Positions 24,401-35,345 are shown, numbered from the whole stretch's first letter. The stretch: DNA of 61,953 bases, filler included, from 9 parts of 9 records of this genome joined end to end with filler, not necessarily neighbours in it; one strand, 5' to 3'. Notes: a model not told the origin generated them from the letters alone. Numbers and translations are program-made.

Positions 24401-24957
24401 TTCCAGAATGGCGATATAGCCGTTCAGGGCAACCAGCTTCTGCTGTTGCGCTTCGACTTCTGCCTGAGTCTGCGCTTTTTCTCGCACCTGCTGTTCAAGC
24501 TGTTGTTTTAGCGTCAGCACTTCCTGGTGATAGAGGTTTTCACCACGTTCCGGCAACACAAACACCGGCACCGGGAAGTCATAATCTTTAGTGACCAGAC
24601 GGTAGTACCAGACAGCCAGGCGGAACCCGAGTCGCAGGCACATCTGGGCATCGTTGAGATCGTTATGATATTCGTGCACCGCCTGGTTACCAATGCGGCG
24701 TAATTTGTGAAATACAGAGAGGATGTTGTCATCAACAAAGGCGATTTTGCCGAGTTCACGCAGGAGATCGTGTTGATTCTCACAAGGGGGGATGTTGAGT
24801 AACAGACCAAGATGTTTCGCTGTGGCTTCGCCAAACATACGCATTTTAATCAGCGTCGTGTTGGGATCATCCGGGTAGTATTTTCCGCCGCACAGGCGAT
24901 GGCATAAGTGAAGTCGTTGACGCCCTTCAGGAATTCAAAATTGGATTTATTCATCAT
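21446..24957 (-). pseudogene. hsdR: EcoKI restriction subunit inactivated by a 1-bp deletion near codon 27 (~24879) and a TGA at Trp363 (23872-23870)
   Basis: Span is 3512 bp, one short of the 3513 needed for the 1170-aa protein. MMNKSNFEF..AAEN shifts frame. YETS*QDTSGKQ continues in frame into the helicase region (MATGTGKT, DEAH). Confidence 0.93.
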
Positions 24958-25144
24958 TGTTATTAATCCATTGCTGTGCGGGCCTGTCCAAATATTTAAG
25001 GCCCATAACATCTCATCTTAGCTTTCTGTACCTTTCCGGGCAATGACCACGGTCACAGCAACTGACTCATTTCTAACGTGTTCGTCTATTTTTGTAGTGC
25101 TATAGTAGCCGAAAAACATCTACCTGATTCTGCAAGGATGTACT

Positions 25145-26059
25145 ATGACGGTTCCTACCTATGACAAATTTATTGAACCTGTTCTGCGTTATCTGGCAAC
25201 AAAACCGGAAGGTGCAGCCGCGCGTGATGTTCATGAGGCTGCCGCGGATGCATTAGGACTGGATGACAGCCAGCGAGCGAAAGTCATTACCAGCGGACAA
25301 CTTGTTTATAAAAATCGTGCAGGCTGGGCGCATGACCGTTTAAAACGTGCCGGGTTGTCGCAAAGTTTGTCGCGTGGCAAATGGTGCCTGACTCCTGCGG
25401 GTTTTGACTGGGTTGCGTCTCATCCCCAGCCAATGACGGAGCAGGAGACGAACCATCTGGCCTTCGCTTTTGTGAATGTCAAACTTAAGTCACGGCCGGA
25501 TGCCGTCGATTTAGATCCGAAAGCCGACTCTCCCGATCATGAAGAACTTGCAAAGAGCAGTCCGGACGATCGGTTAGATCAGGCGCTAAAAGAGCTTCGT
25601 GATGCGGTGGCTGATGAGGTTCTGGAAAACTTATTGCAGGTTTCTCCTTCGCGCTTTGAAGTCATTGTTCTGGATGTTTTGCATCGCCTGGGGTATGGCG
25701 GCCACCGTGATGATTTGCAGCGTGTTGGCGGTACTGGAGATGGTGGCATCGATGGTGTGATATCGCTTGATAAACTTGGCCTGGAGAAAGTTTATGTTCA
25801 GGCAAAACGTTGGCAGAATACTGTAGGCAGGCCAGAATTACAGGCATTTTACGGCGCACTGGCTGGGCAAAAAGCGAAACGTGGGGTGTTTATTACCACT
25901 TCTGGATTTACTTCTCAGGCGCGTGACTTTGCCCAATCCGTCGAGGGTATGGTGTTGGTTGATGGGGAACGCCTGGTGCACTTAATGATCGAAAACGAAG
26001 TAGGGGTTTCTTCACGTTTGTTGAAGGTGCCGAAACTGGATATGGACTATTTTGAGTGA
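25145..26059 (+). CDS. mrr: Type IV restriction endonuclease Mrr
   Basis: 304 aa, MTVPTYDKFIEPVL, DGGIDG..QAKRW motif. Confidence 0.97.
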   Translation: MTVPTYDKFIEPVLRYLATKPEGAAARDVHEAAADALGLDDSQRAKVITSGQLVYKNRAGWAHDRLKRAGLSQSLSRGKWCLTPAGFDWVASHPQPMTEQETNHLAFAFVNVKLKSRPDAVDLDPKADSPDHEELAKSSPDDRLDQALKELRDAVADEVLENLLQVSPSRFEVIVLDVLHRLGYGGHRDDLQRVGGTGDGGIDGVISLDKLGLEKVYVQAKRWQNTVGRPELQAFYGALAGQKAKRGVFITTSGFTSQARDFAQSVEGMVLVDGERLVHLMIENEVGVSSRLLKVPKLDMDYFE

Positions 26060-26063
26060 AATA

Positions 26064-26098
26064 TCAGGCCGGATGCGGCTGCGCCTTATCCGGCCCAT
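26064..26098. repeat. REP-like palindrome
   Basis: GGCCGGATGCGGCTGCGCCTTATCCGGCC between convergent mrr and yjiA. Confidence 0.8.
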
Positions 26099-26104
26099 AA
26101 CCCC

Positions 26105-27061
26105 TTACTTCCTCAACCCCGCAAACGCAGCCCGAATCTCTTCCTCCGGCAGCTGGATCCCGATAAACACCATCGTGCTATGCGGTTTTTCATCGCCCCA
26201 CGGCCTGTCCCAGTCGGCGCTGTAGAGGCGCTGGACGCCCTGGAACAGCAGGCGGTTAGGTTCGCCGTCAATCCACAGCATCCCTTTGTAACGTAGCAGT
26301 TTATCCGCCGACTCCAGCAGCAGGTTTTCCATCACGCGGGAAACTTCGCTGATATCTACCGGGTAATCCAGTTCCACCACAATCGACGAAATATCGTTTT
26401 GTTTATCTGCGATAAAGTGGAAACGCGGTTTGGTGCTGACGACGTTTTCTTCCAGCATAAAACCGTTGGTGTTGAACAGCAGGCCCAGATCGATGTCGCC
26501 GTGGGTGACGGTGTAGACCGGTGCGCGGGCGTTGATGCGCGCCAGGCGTTCATGCAGTTTTTCTGCTTCGCCTGCGACGTCGGTTTTGGTCAGCAGAATG
26601 CGGTCGGCGTAGCCAACCTGTGACTGGGCGATGGTGAACTGGTTCATCTGCTCATCGGCATGTACCGCATCCACCAGCGCAATCACGCCGTCCAGCAGAT
26701 AACGCTGGCATAAAACTTCATGGGAGAAAAAGGTCTGAATAATCGGGCCGGGATCGGCCATGCCGGTGCATTCAATGACCAGACGGTCGAACTGAATATT
26801 GCCCTTGTCGAGATTGTCCAGCAGGTCGAGTAGCGCGTCCTCCAGCTCGTTGGAGCGCGAACAACAGATGCAGCCGTTGGTCAGCGTTTTGATCTGCGTG
26901 GCGCGGTCGCCAATCAGTTGATCATCAACAGAGACTTCGCCGAATTCGTTTTCAATCACGGCAATCTTGTAGCCGTGCTGTTCGTTAAGAATATGGCGCA
27001 GCAGGGTGGTTTTTCCTGCGCCTAAAAAACCGGTGAGTAGGGTAACTGCAATCGGGTTCAT
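26105..27061 (-). CDS. yjiA: CobW/COG0523-family metal-binding GTPase
   Basis: MNPIAVTLLTGFLGAGKTT, GCICC motif, 318 aa. Confidence 0.96.
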   Translation of the reverse strand: MNPIAVTLLTGFLGAGKTTLLRHILNEQHGYKIAVIENEFGEVSVDDQLIGDRATQIKTLTNGCICCSRSNELEDALLDLLDNLDKGNIQFDRLVIECTGMADPGPIIQTFFSHEVLCQRYLLDGVIALVDAVHADEQMNQFTIAQSQVGYADRILLTKTDVAGEAEKLHERLARINARAPVYTVTHGDIDLGLLFNTNGFMLEENVVSTKPRFHFIADKQNDISSIVVELDYPVDISEVSRVMENLLLESADKLLRYKGMLWIDGEPNRLLFQGVQRLYSADWDRPWGDEKPHSTMVFIGIQLPEEEIRAAFAGLRK

Positions 27062-27071
27062 GCTCTCTCCA

Positions 27072-27275
27072 TTAACAACAGCGCATACCGCCTTTACCAT
27101 CGCCGCCGTAGCGCGCGTTCTGGCGTTCGCGGAAGAATTCTTCATAGCTCATGTACGGCTTGTCGGGATGGTTGGTCTTCATATGCTCGACGTAGTTGTC
27201 GTAGTCTGGAATGCCAATCAACATCTTCGCCGCCTGGCCGAGATATTTTTTTGCCTGTCCTAAGTTACCAAACAT
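27072..27275 (-). CDS. yjiX: YbdD/YjiX family protein
   Basis: 67 aa, ends GGMRCC; downstream of a CstA-family gene. Confidence 0.95.
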
Positions 27276-27287
27276 AGTTCACTCTGA

Positions 27288-27316
27288 TAAGAACAAAGCC
27301 CCGCCGAAGCGGGGCT
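27288..27316 (-). terminator. GC-rich hairpin with UUCG loop downstream of btsT
   Basis: Minus strand AGCCCCGC-TTCG-GCGGGGCT followed by TTGTTCTT. Confidence 0.6.
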
Positions 27317-27324
27317 AAACACGG

Positions 27325-29475
27325 TTAGTGGTGCGAAGAGATCTTCACGCCGCCTTCCGGGATTGGAACGTACGGTGTTTCTTTGTCAGTACGTTTGTCG
27401 CTGTTACGCACCGCAAGCCAGGTTTTGAAACCGTAGAAGATGATGCTGTACACCACAATCAGGAACAGAATACTCAGACCTGCGTTGGTGTAGTTGTTCA
27501 CAACGATGTGGTTCATATTGGCAATCTGCTGCGCCGTCAGGTCAGTACCGTTAGCAATCTTCTCTTTGTACTGGCTTGCCATGTAGAAGAAGCCTTCCAT
27601 CTGCGGGTTGGTGCTGAACAGTTTCAGGCCCAGCGCCCAGGTGGTGCAGATAAGCAGCCATACAGCCGGAACAACAGTTACCCAGATGTATTGGGTGCGC
27701 TTCATCTTAATCAGCACAACGGTGCCCAGTACCAGCGCTACGGCTGCCAGCATCTGGTTGGAGATACCGAACAGCGGCCACAGGCTCTTAACGCCGCCCA
27801 GCGGATCAACCACGCCCTGATACAGCAGGTAGCCCCACAGACCCACACAGCCCGCAGTACCGATGATACCGGCAACCAGAGAATCGGTTTTTTTCAGGAA
27901 CGGGATGAAGTTACCCAGCAGGTCTTGCAGCATAAAGCGGCCAGAACGGGTACCCGCATCCAGCGCGGTCAGGATGAACAGGGCTTCGAACAGAATACCG
28001 AAGTGATACCAGAAGCCCATGTCAGCCATCGGCAGCACTTTGTGGAACACGTGCGCGATACCTACCGCCAGCGTCGGCGCGCCACCTGCACGGTTCAGGA
28101 CAGAAGGCTCACCAATGTCTTTCGCGGTTTGCAGGATCTGCTCTGGCGAAATCACGAAGCCCCAGGAGCTGACGGTCGCTGCCGCGTGTGCGGTAACGTC
28201 TTTCAGCTGCGCCATGATGATCGGCGCGTTCTCGCCACCCATTTCATGCAGGTTAGGCATGGTGATGCCAAGGCCAGCAGGCGGGGTGTTCATCGCGAAG
28301 TAAAGACCCGGTTCGATGATGGACGCAGCAACCAGCGCCATAATCGCCACGAAGGACTCCATCAGCATTGCGCCGTAGCCGATGAAACGCGCGTCGGTTT
28401 CATTAGCCAGCAGTTTTGGCGTCGTACCGGAAGAGATCAGCGCGTGGAAGCCAGATACCGCACCACAGGCGATGGTGATGAACAGGAACGGGAACAGAGC
28501 GCCTTTCCACAGCGGGCCAGTACCGTCAATGTACTGGGTCATGGCAGGCATTTTCAGTTCCGGGTTCAGCACCACGATACCCAGCGCCAGGCCGACGATA
28601 ACGCCGATTTTCAGGAAGGTTGCCAGATAGTCGCGCGGTGCGAGGATCAGCCACACTGGCAGCAGTGCGGAAACAAACGCATAGCCAATCAGCGCGAAGG
28701 TAATGGTGGTGTCTTTAAAGGTCAGTGCCGGACCCCAGTACGGATCGTGAGCAATCACGCCACCGAAGTAGATAGAGGCAACCAGCAGCACGATACCAAT
28801 GACAGAGACTTCACCCACACGCCCCGGACGAATAAAGCGCATGTAGATACCCATAAACAGCGCAATCGGTACGGTTGAGCAAACGGTGAAGACACCCCAC
28901 GGACTTTCGGCCAGGGCTTTAACCACAATCAGCGCCAGGACGGCGAGGATGATGATCATGATTAAGAAACAGCCAAACAGCGCGATAGTCCCCGGTACTG
29001 GTCCCATCTCTTCTTTGATCATCTCACCAAGAGATGCGCCATTACGGCGAGAGGAGATAAACAGCACCATAAAGTCCTGAACCGCACCGGCCAGCACGAC
29101 CCCCGCCAGCAGCCACAGCGTGCCAGGCAGGTAGCCCATCTGCGCGGCGAGAACCGGACCCACCAGCGGACCAGCACCGGCGATAGCGGCGAAGTGGTGA
29201 CCAAACAACACGTAACGGTTGGTCGGAACGTAGTTCAGACCGTCGTTGTTAATAACCGCAGGCGTCGCGCGCGTGGGGTCGAGTTTCATCACCTTCTGGG
29301 CGATGTACAGACTGTAGTAGCGATACGCCACCAGATACACCGATACAGAGGCGACCACGATCCACAGGGCGCTGATGTGCTCCCCCCGACGTAATGCAAC
29401 TACCGCGAGGCAGAATGCACCGATGATTCCGAGAATCACCCAGGGTATGTGCTTGAATATCTTTTTAGTATCCAT
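27325..29475 (-). CDS. btsT: CstA-family pyruvate/H+ symporter BtsT (YjiY)
   Basis: MDTKKIFKHIPW, GHHFAAIAGAGPLVGP; many TM segments. Confidence 0.96.
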   Translation of the reverse strand: MDTKKIFKHIPWVILGIIGAFCLAVVALRRGEHISALWIVVASVSVYLVAYRYYSLYIAQKVMKLDPTRATPAVINNDGLNYVPTNRYVLFGHHFAAIAGAGPLVGPVLAAQMGYLPGTLWLLAGVVLAGAVQDFMVLFISSRRNGASLGEMIKEEMGPVPGTIALFGCFLIMIIILAVLALIVVKALAESPWGVFTVCSTVPIALFMGIYMRFIRPGRVGEVSVIGIVLLVASIYFGGVIAHDPYWGPALTFKDTTITFALIGYAFVSALLPVWLILAPRDYLATFLKIGVIVGLALGIVVLNPELKMPAMTQYIDGTGPLWKGALFPFLFITIACGAVSGFHALISSGTTPKLLANETDARFIGYGAMLMESFVAIMALVAASIIEPGLYFAMNTPPAGLGITMPNLHEMGGENAPIIMAQLKDVTAHAAATVSSWGFVISPEQILQTAKDIGEPSVLNRAGGAPTLAVGIAHVFHKVLPMADMGFWYHFGILFEALFILTALDAGTRSGRFMLQDLLGNFIPFLKKTDSLVAGIIGTAGCVGLWGYLLYQGVVDPLGGVKSLWPLFGISNQMLAAVALVLGTVVLIKMKRTQYIWVTVVPAVWLLICTTWALGLKLFSTNPQMEGFFYMASQYKEKIANGTDLTAQQIANMNHIVVNNYTNAGLSILFLIVVYSIIFYGFKTWLAVRNSDKRTDKETPYVPIPEGGVKISSHH

Positions 29476-29610
29476 AGTAAAACCTGGCATGTATTGATTA
29501 ATAGTTGGCCGAAGCCGTTCTAGGTTTGCGTTGCGTTTGAGGAGGTAAATTGACCGCTATCCTGTAGTGATGTTGCCAGAGTTACGCGCGCGTAAAGTAA
29601 GGTAAATAAC

Positions 29611-29639
29611 TGAGTGGTTATTTTAGGGATGTAAGCGGT
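29611..29639 (-). promoter_or_regulatory. BtsR (YehT) binding direct repeat
   Basis: ACCGCTTA-N13-ACCACTCA upstream of btsT. Confidence 0.8.
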
Positions 29640-29684
29640 CAGTTTTGCGGTTGAGCGGCAAAGGCGTCGTTTAAGTGACGATAA

Positions 29685-29706
29685 ATATGTGATTCATATC
29701 ACATAT
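29685..29706. promoter_or_regulatory. CRP site
   Basis: Perfect TGTGA-N6-TCACA core at 29688-29703. Confidence 0.85.
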
Positions 29707-29795
29707 TTATATTGTGAATAATTTATGTAAATAATGGCTTTTTAAATTCAGAGTGTGAATAAAATTCACTCGGCGTAATCTCCGCGGGATATTCA

Positions 29796-29822
29796 TAAAG
29801 TTTTTCCTTTCCAGGCCGAAAA
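29796..29822 (+). promoter_or_regulatory. Sigma-28 (FliA) promoter of tsr
   Basis: TAAAGTTT-N11-GCCGAAAA, 30 bp upstream of the tsr ATG. Confidence 0.85.
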
Positions 29823-29852
29823 TCTTGCATCGGTCCACAGGAAAGAGAAACC

Positions 29853-31508
29853 ATGTTAAAACGTATCAAAATTGTGACCAGCTTACTGCTGGTTTTGGCC
29901 GTTTTTGGCCTTTTACAACTGACATCAGGCGGTCTGTTCTTTAATGCCTTAAAGAATGACAAAGAAAATTTCACTGTTTTACAAACCATTCGCCAGCAGC
30001 AATCCACGCTGAATGGCAGCTGGGTCGCGTTGTTGCAGACGCGTAACACCCTCAACCGCGCGGGTATCCGCTACATGATGGATCAGAATAATATTGGTAG
30101 CGGTTCAACCGTTGCTGAGCTGATGGAGAGTGCCAGTATTTCGCTGAAACAGGCGGAAAAAAACTGGGCGGATTACGAAGCGTTGCCGCGTGACCCGCGT
30201 CAGAGCACCGCCGCAGCGGCAGAGATCAAACGTAATTACGATATTTATCACAATGCGCTGGCGGAGCTGATCCAACTGTTAGGTGCAGGCAAAATCAACG
30301 AGTTCTTTGATCAGCCGACCCAGGGATATCAGGACGGTTTCGAGAAGCAGTATGTGGCTTACATGGAGCAAAACGATCGGCTCCATGATATCGCCGTCAG
30401 CGATAACAATGCCTCCTACAGCCAGGCGATGTGGATTCTGGTGGGCGTGATGATCGTCGTACTGGCGGTCATCTTCGCCGTCTGGTTCGGTATTAAAGCC
30501 TCGCTGGTAGCGCCAATGAATCGCCTGATTGACAGCATTCGTCATATTGCAGGCGGCGATCTGGTGAAACCGATTGAGGTGGATGGCTCTAATGAGATGG
30601 GGCAACTGGCAGAGAGTTTGCGCCATATGCAGGGAGAGCTGATGCGTACCGTCGGTGATGTGCGCAACGGGGCCAATGCCATCTATAGCGGTGCCAGCGA
30701 AATCGCCACCGGCAATAACGATCTCTCTTCGCGCACCGAGCAACAGGCCGCTTCGCTGGAAGAGACGGCAGCCAGCATGGAGCAACTGACCGCAACGGTG
30801 AAGCAGAACGCCGAAAATGCGCGCCAGGCCAGCCATCTGGCGTTAAGTGCTTCTGAAACGGCGCAACGCGGCGGTAAAGTGGTAGATAACGTGGTGCAGA
30901 CTATGCGCGATATCTCCACCAGTTCGCAGAAAATCGCCGATATTATCAGCGTAATTGACGGCATTGCCTTCCAGACCAATATTCTGGCTTTGAACGCGGC
31001 GGTTGAGGCTGCGCGTGCGGGTGAGCAAGGGCGCGGTTTTGCGGTGGTCGCGGGAGAAGTGCGTAATCTGGCCCAGCGCAGCGCCCAGGCGGCTCGTGAA
31101 ATTAAAAGCCTGATTGAAGACTCGGTGGGGAAAGTGGATGTTGGCTCTACGCTGGTCGAAAGCGCCGGGGAAACAATGGCGGAGATTGTCAGCGCCGTGA
31201 CCCGCGTGACGGACATTATGGGCGAAATTGCTTCTGCTTCTGATGAGCAGAGCCGTGGTATCGATCAGGTTGGCTTAGCGGTTGCTGAGATGGACCGGGT
31301 AACTCAACAGAACGCCGCGCTGGTGGAAGAGTCTGCCGCTGCCGCCGCCGCGCTGGAAGAGCAGGCCAGTCGCCTGACCGAAGCAGTGGCAGTGTTCCGG
31401 ATTCAGCAACAGCAGCGTGAAACATCGGCTGTGGTAAAAACCGTGACGCCAGCTGCGCCGCGTAAAATGGCCGTGGCAGATAGCGAGGAGAACTGGGAAA
31501 CATTTTAA
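29853..31508 (+). CDS. tsr: Serine chemoreceptor (MCP I)
   Basis: 551 aa, MCP signalling domain, C-terminal NWETF pentapeptide. Confidence 0.98.
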   Translation: MLKRIKIVTSLLLVLAVFGLLQLTSGGLFFNALKNDKENFTVLQTIRQQQSTLNGSWVALLQTRNTLNRAGIRYMMDQNNIGSGSTVAELMESASISLKQAEKNWADYEALPRDPRQSTAAAAEIKRNYDIYHNALAELIQLLGAGKINEFFDQPTQGYQDGFEKQYVAYMEQNDRLHDIAVSDNNASYSQAMWILVGVMIVVLAVIFAVWFGIKASLVAPMNRLIDSIRHIAGGDLVKPIEVDGSNEMGQLAESLRHMQGELMRTVGDVRNGANAIYSGASEIATGNNDLSSRTEQQAASLEETAASMEQLTATVKQNAENARQASHLALSASETAQRGGKVVDNVVQTMRDISTSSQKIADIISVIDGIAFQTNILALNAAVEAARAGEQGRGFAVVAGEVRNLAQRSAQAAREIKSLIEDSVGKVDVGSTLVESAGETMAEIVSAVTRVTDIMGEIASASDEQSRGIDQVGLAVAEMDRVTQQNAALVEESAAAAAALEEQASRLTEAVAVFRIQQQQRETSAVVKTVTPAAPRKMAVADSEENWETF

Positions 31509-31519
31509 TCGCCATGAAA

Positions 31520-31549
31520 ATGCCCGATAAGCAAAATGTTATCGGGCAT
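31520..31549. terminator. Hairpin between convergent tsr and lgoT
   Basis: ATGCCCGATAA-N8-TTATCGGGCAT. Confidence 0.65.
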
Positions 31550-31556
31550 AAGGAGA

Positions 31557-32918
31557 TTAATCTTTACGTGGGTCGTTGATCGGCTGACGAACCAGGAAGA
31601 TGTACGCCAGTGCCCCCGCTGCGGTGACGCAACCGCAGATGATTAGTGCCAGACGGAATGAGTGGGTGGTATCAACAATAAAACCAGTAATGATCGGCGC
31701 AAAAGAGGCGCAGATGAAGCTGGCAAAGTTCTGGATACTGCCCACCGACGCAGTCATGCGAGAAGCAACTGCGACGTGGATCAAGCCCCAGCAGGATGTT
31801 CCGGCAAAGTGAATACAGAACAGTGCCATGCCAATCAGCAGAACCGCCGTCATGGATGTTGTCGCTTGTGGTACTATCAGCGTAAAGGCGGCAGAACAGA
31901 ACATCCCGGCAATAATGCAGATCTTACGGCTTTTAATCGGAGCCATTCCCCCTTTGACCAGCCAGTCGGTAACGTAACCGTTGACCAGCATCCCGGCAGC
32001 CCCAAACAGGAAAGGGATAGCCGCCATCAACCCTGTGCTTTTTAAATCCAGGTTATAGGCTGTTTGCAGGTAACCAGGAAGCCAGGCCAGATACAGCCAC
32101 GCAGTGTAGTTGATGCCACTGAATCCGAGCATCATTCCCCACATTGTACGGTTACGGAACAGGCTGCGCCATTCGGCAAAACTGAGCGGATCTCGGCGGG
32201 CATTGACGCTACCTGCATTGAGATAAGCTTGCTCAACGGCAGTCAGTTCTACGTGCTCGCGGTTGCGATAGAGCATATACCAGCCGATGGCGAGAAAAAT
32301 CCCCAGTACACCAATGGTAATAAACATCCCGCGCCAGCCCATCACCAGCATCATCGCCGCCAGAATCGGTGGGCTTACGGCAACGCCAATGGTAGAAGCT
32401 GCGTTGAAGAAGCCCATCGGGCGTCCGCGCTCTTTGATGTTGAACCAGTCGTTAATGACTTTTACACCGCATGGGTTCATCGGCGCTTCACCAATCCCCA
32501 TACCGATACGCACCAACACGAACTGCGTAAAGTTGTGCACCATGCCAGACATTGCCTGGAACAGTGACCAGAAGAACATCCCCAGTCCCAGCATCAGGCG
32601 TGGGCCTTTACGATCCAATAGTGGGCCGCAAGGAAGTTGCGCAATCCCGTAAGCGAGTGAAAACACGGAGAGCAAAGCGCCGATTTCGGTGGCACTTAAT
32701 CCCAATTCTTCACGAATCGTTAAATTTGCTACCGACAGCGAACTGCGGTCGAGATAATTGATTACCGCCGCAAAAAATAATAACAACATGGCGGTGGTTT
32801 GAATGCGTTTAATTCGGGTACTGCGTTGAACTAATCCATCTGGTGGCACGGGAATATCTGCCGACGAAGATGGAGTAAATGAAGAACGCGGATCGATGGT
32901 GATATTTTCTTTTTCCAC
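31557..32918 (-). CDS. lgoT: MFS L-galactonate transporter (YjjL)
   Basis: 453 aa ACS-family MFS (INYLDRSSLSVA); gene order matches E. coli. Confidence 0.93.
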   Translation of the reverse strand: MEKENITIDPRSSFTPSSSADIPVPPDGLVQRSTRIKRIQTTAMLLLFFAAVINYLDRSSLSVANLTIREELGLSATEIGALLSVFSLAYGIAQLPCGPLLDRKGPRLMLGLGMFFWSLFQAMSGMVHNFTQFVLVRIGMGIGEAPMNPCGVKVINDWFNIKERGRPMGFFNAASTIGVAVSPPILAAMMLVMGWRGMFITIGVLGIFLAIGWYMLYRNREHVELTAVEQAYLNAGSVNARRDPLSFAEWRSLFRNRTMWGMMLGFSGINYTAWLYLAWLPGYLQTAYNLDLKSTGLMAAIPFLFGAAGMLVNGYVTDWLVKGGMAPIKSRKICIIAGMFCSAAFTLIVPQATTSMTAVLLIGMALFCIHFAGTSCWGLIHVAVASRMTASVGSIQNFASFICASFAPIITGFIVDTTHSFRLALIICGCVTAAGALAYIFLVRQPINDPRKD

Positions 32919-33132
32919 GCCGGACTCCTGTATTTATAATTTTAATTGTTTACGTAATTGTGCATTACGCAAGGTTGACATTAACGGCAGGTTAAAGTTT
33001 TAGGACTTTACTACCGCTCACAAAAACATTTTTAGTCGACTGATTGTGAGCATAGGTAAGCGGGAATTTCCCGGTATTTATCTTTTGATAAAACCGTGCA
33101 CCCGCTAATAGTTTGCTGTTTTTAATCCGTAC

Positions 33133-34047
33133 TTAATGAGCATAACGCGTGTTCTCATTAATGGATCGAATCATTGATTGTTTAGCTGAATTCAAATGGT
33201 TACGGAGCGCAAGGGTGGCATCAAGGTCACTGCGGCAAATCAGAGCGCTGAGAATGGTCATATGCTCATCGACGGCAATGATATTGCGCTGTTTAAGATC
33301 GCTTTCGTCCCATTGATAGTGAAAATGAAAGATGACTGAGATGATCTCAAGCGATTGATCAAAAAAGATATTGTCGGCAGCTGAAAGCAGTAAGGAGTGA
33401 AAATCTCTGTCAAGTTGCGAGAACATGCGAAAGCTATTGCCGATGTTGTCACGCAGTAGCCGATGACGTTCGAGCATGGTTTTCGCCTGCAGCCAGCGGG
33501 GATCATGATCAGGCAGGTTGAGAAAGTGCTGAAGTGAATGTGTTTCGAGCATTTCGCGTAGCTCAAACAGCTGCTCGGCGTAGGATTGATCGAATTGCTT
33601 CATGCTCCACTGGCCGCGCTTTTCGCTGTGAATAAGATTATAACGGCCGAATTTTAAAAGATATTCTCTTACTACAACCGGGCTGACACCCGCGGCCCGA
33701 GCCAGTTGCAGTTCAGAAAACGTTTCCCCTGGGCGTAACTGGCGCTGGTTTATCATCGTGAAAAAAGCCTGCTCAAACACTTTGTTTTGTTCACTCATTG
33801 AAGCGGTAGTACAGGCGAAACCGTCATCATGGTCAGGTTTACGCGCAATAACATAGTCGTTTCCAACCTGCGTCAAGACGCCGCATTCGCGTAAGTGGCT
33901 GAGAATATGACGCACTGTGGTGCGGCTGATGTTGTACATTTCCGCCAGCGCACTTTGCGATGGAAGTGGGGAAGGGATATGACCCCGCGCCATATCATCA
34001 ATGACCTGGTTAATCACATTGTGGCGTAAATTTTGTGAACGACTCAT
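33133..34047 (-). CDS. lgoR: GntR-family regulator (YjjM)
   Basis: 304 aa, two wHTH-like segments plus FCD-like domain. Confidence 0.92.
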   Translation of the reverse strand: MSRSQNLRHNVINQVIDDMARGHIPSPLPSQSALAEMYNISRTTVRHILSHLRECGVLTQVGNDYVIARKPDHDDGFACTTASMSEQNKVFEQAFFTMINQRQLRPGETFSELQLARAAGVSPVVVREYLLKFGRYNLIHSEKRGQWSMKQFDQSYAEQLFELREMLETHSLQHFLNLPDHDPRWLQAKTMLERHRLLRDNIGNSFRMFSQLDRDFHSLLLSAADNIFFDQSLEIISVIFHFHYQWDESDLKQRNIIAVDEHMTILSALICRSDLDATLALRNHLNSAKQSMIRSINENTRYAH

Positions 34048-34185
34048 ATTTTCCTCCTTGTGAGTCCATTAAAACCCGATTTAAAACATTTTTATGCGTG
34101 TGTTTTCACAAAAAAGATTTTCCGTTCCGCTGCCATTTTTCATTTTCATTGATATCTAAGGCAACAAAAAGTGGAGAGCCGAATC

Positions 34186-35208
34186 ATGTCTACGATGAAT
34201 GTTTTAATTTGCCAGCAGCCGAAAGAATTAGTCTGGAAACAACGCGAGATACCTATTCCGGGTGACAATGAAGCATTAATAAAAATTAAGTCTGTCGGGA
34301 TTTGCGGTACCGATATTCATGCCTGGGGTGGAAATCAACCATTTTTTAGTTATCCACGTGTTTTAGGCCATGAAATATGTGGGGAGATTGTTGGGCTGGG
34401 TAAAAATATTGCTGATCTTAAAAATGGTCAGCAAGTTGCTGTGATCCCTTATGTTGCCTGTCAGCAATGCCCGGCGTGTAAAAGCGGGCGTACCAATTGC
34501 TGTGAAAAAATTTCAGTCATTGGCGTGCATCAGGATGGCGGTTTTAGTGAGTATTTGAGCGTGCCGGTGGCGAACATTTTGCCCGCAGACGGTATTGACC
34601 CGCAGGCGGCAGCATTGATTGAACCTTTCGCTATTAGCGCTCATGCGGTGCGTCGCGCAGCCATTGCTCCCGGCGAGCAGGTGCTGGTGGTCGGGGCGGG
34701 GCCAATCGGTCTGGGCGCGGCGGCAATCGCTAAAGCCGATGGCGCACAGGTGGTGGTGGCGGATACCAGTCCGGCGCGCCGTGAACATGTGGCAACGCGT
34801 CTGGAATTACCTTTACTGGACCCGTCAGCCGAAGATTTTGACGCGCAGCTACGGGCGCAGTTTGGTGGTTCGCTGGCGCAGAAAGTGATCGACGCGACAG
34901 GTAATCAACATGCGATGAATAACACCGTGAATTTGATTCGTCACGGCGGCACGGTGGTATTTGTCGGCCTGTTTAAAGGTGAGTTGCAGTTCTCCGATCC
35001 GGAATTCCATAAAAAAGAAACGACGATGATGGGCAGCCGCAACGCCACGCCGGAAGATTTTGCTAAAGTCGGTCGACTGATGGCGGAAGGAAAAATCACT
35101 GCTGACATGATGTTAACCCATCGCTATCCGTTCGCCACGCTGGCAGAAACCTACGAGCGCGATGTGATTAACAATCGTGAGTTAATTAAAGGCGTAATTA
35201 CTTTCTGA
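34186..35208 (+). CDS. lgoD: L-galactonate oxidoreductase (YjjN), Zn-dependent
   Basis: GICGTD, GHE, CQQCPAC..C, GAGPIG motifs. Confidence 0.94.
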   Translation: MSTMNVLICQQPKELVWKQREIPIPGDNEALIKIKSVGICGTDIHAWGGNQPFFSYPRVLGHEICGEIVGLGKNIADLKNGQQVAVIPYVACQQCPACKSGRTNCCEKISVIGVHQDGGFSEYLSVPVANILPADGIDPQAAALIEPFAISAHAVRRAAIAPGEQVLVVGAGPIGLGAAAIAKADGAQVVVADTSPARREHVATRLELPLLDPSAEDFDAQLRAQFGGSLAQKVIDATGNQHAMNNTVNLIRHGGTVVFVGLFKGELQFSDPEFHKKETTMMGSRNATPEDFAKVGRLMAEGKITADMMLTHRYPFATLAETYERDVINNRELIKGVITF

Positions 35209-35235
35209 TAAGGCGAGATTATTAAAGTTGCCATG

Positions 35236-35272
35236 CAGCGTCCGGGGAAGTGTTGGGCGCTGTTTTTTTTGT
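35236..35272 (+). terminator. Intrinsic terminator after lgoD
   Basis: CAGCGTCC..GGGCGCTG followed by T8. Confidence 0.7.
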
Positions 35273-35304
35273 TTCTTAATAATGTGTTGTAAGCCGTAGA
35301 AGGC

Positions 35305-35333
35305 GTGTAGGTCGCACCCTATGCGACCTACAC
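35305..35333. repeat. 12-bp perfect inverted repeat downstream of opgB
   Basis: GTGTAGGTCGCA-N5-TGCGACCTACAC. Confidence 0.7.
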
Positions 35334-35345
35334 ATCAGTCAGGAA

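Noticed and set aside
21446-24844. hsdR as a novel split two-gene nuclease/helicase system (324 aa + 782 aa ORFs)
   Set aside because: Both ORFs are in the same frame, separated by one TGA at a Trp position of the known protein.
27328-28878. 516-aa plus-strand ORF
   Set aside because: Antisense shadow of btsT with no recognisable domain.
35182-35189. TTAATTAA inside lgoD as a linker remnant
   Set aside because: Natural coding sequence (ELIK) with no flanking Ns.
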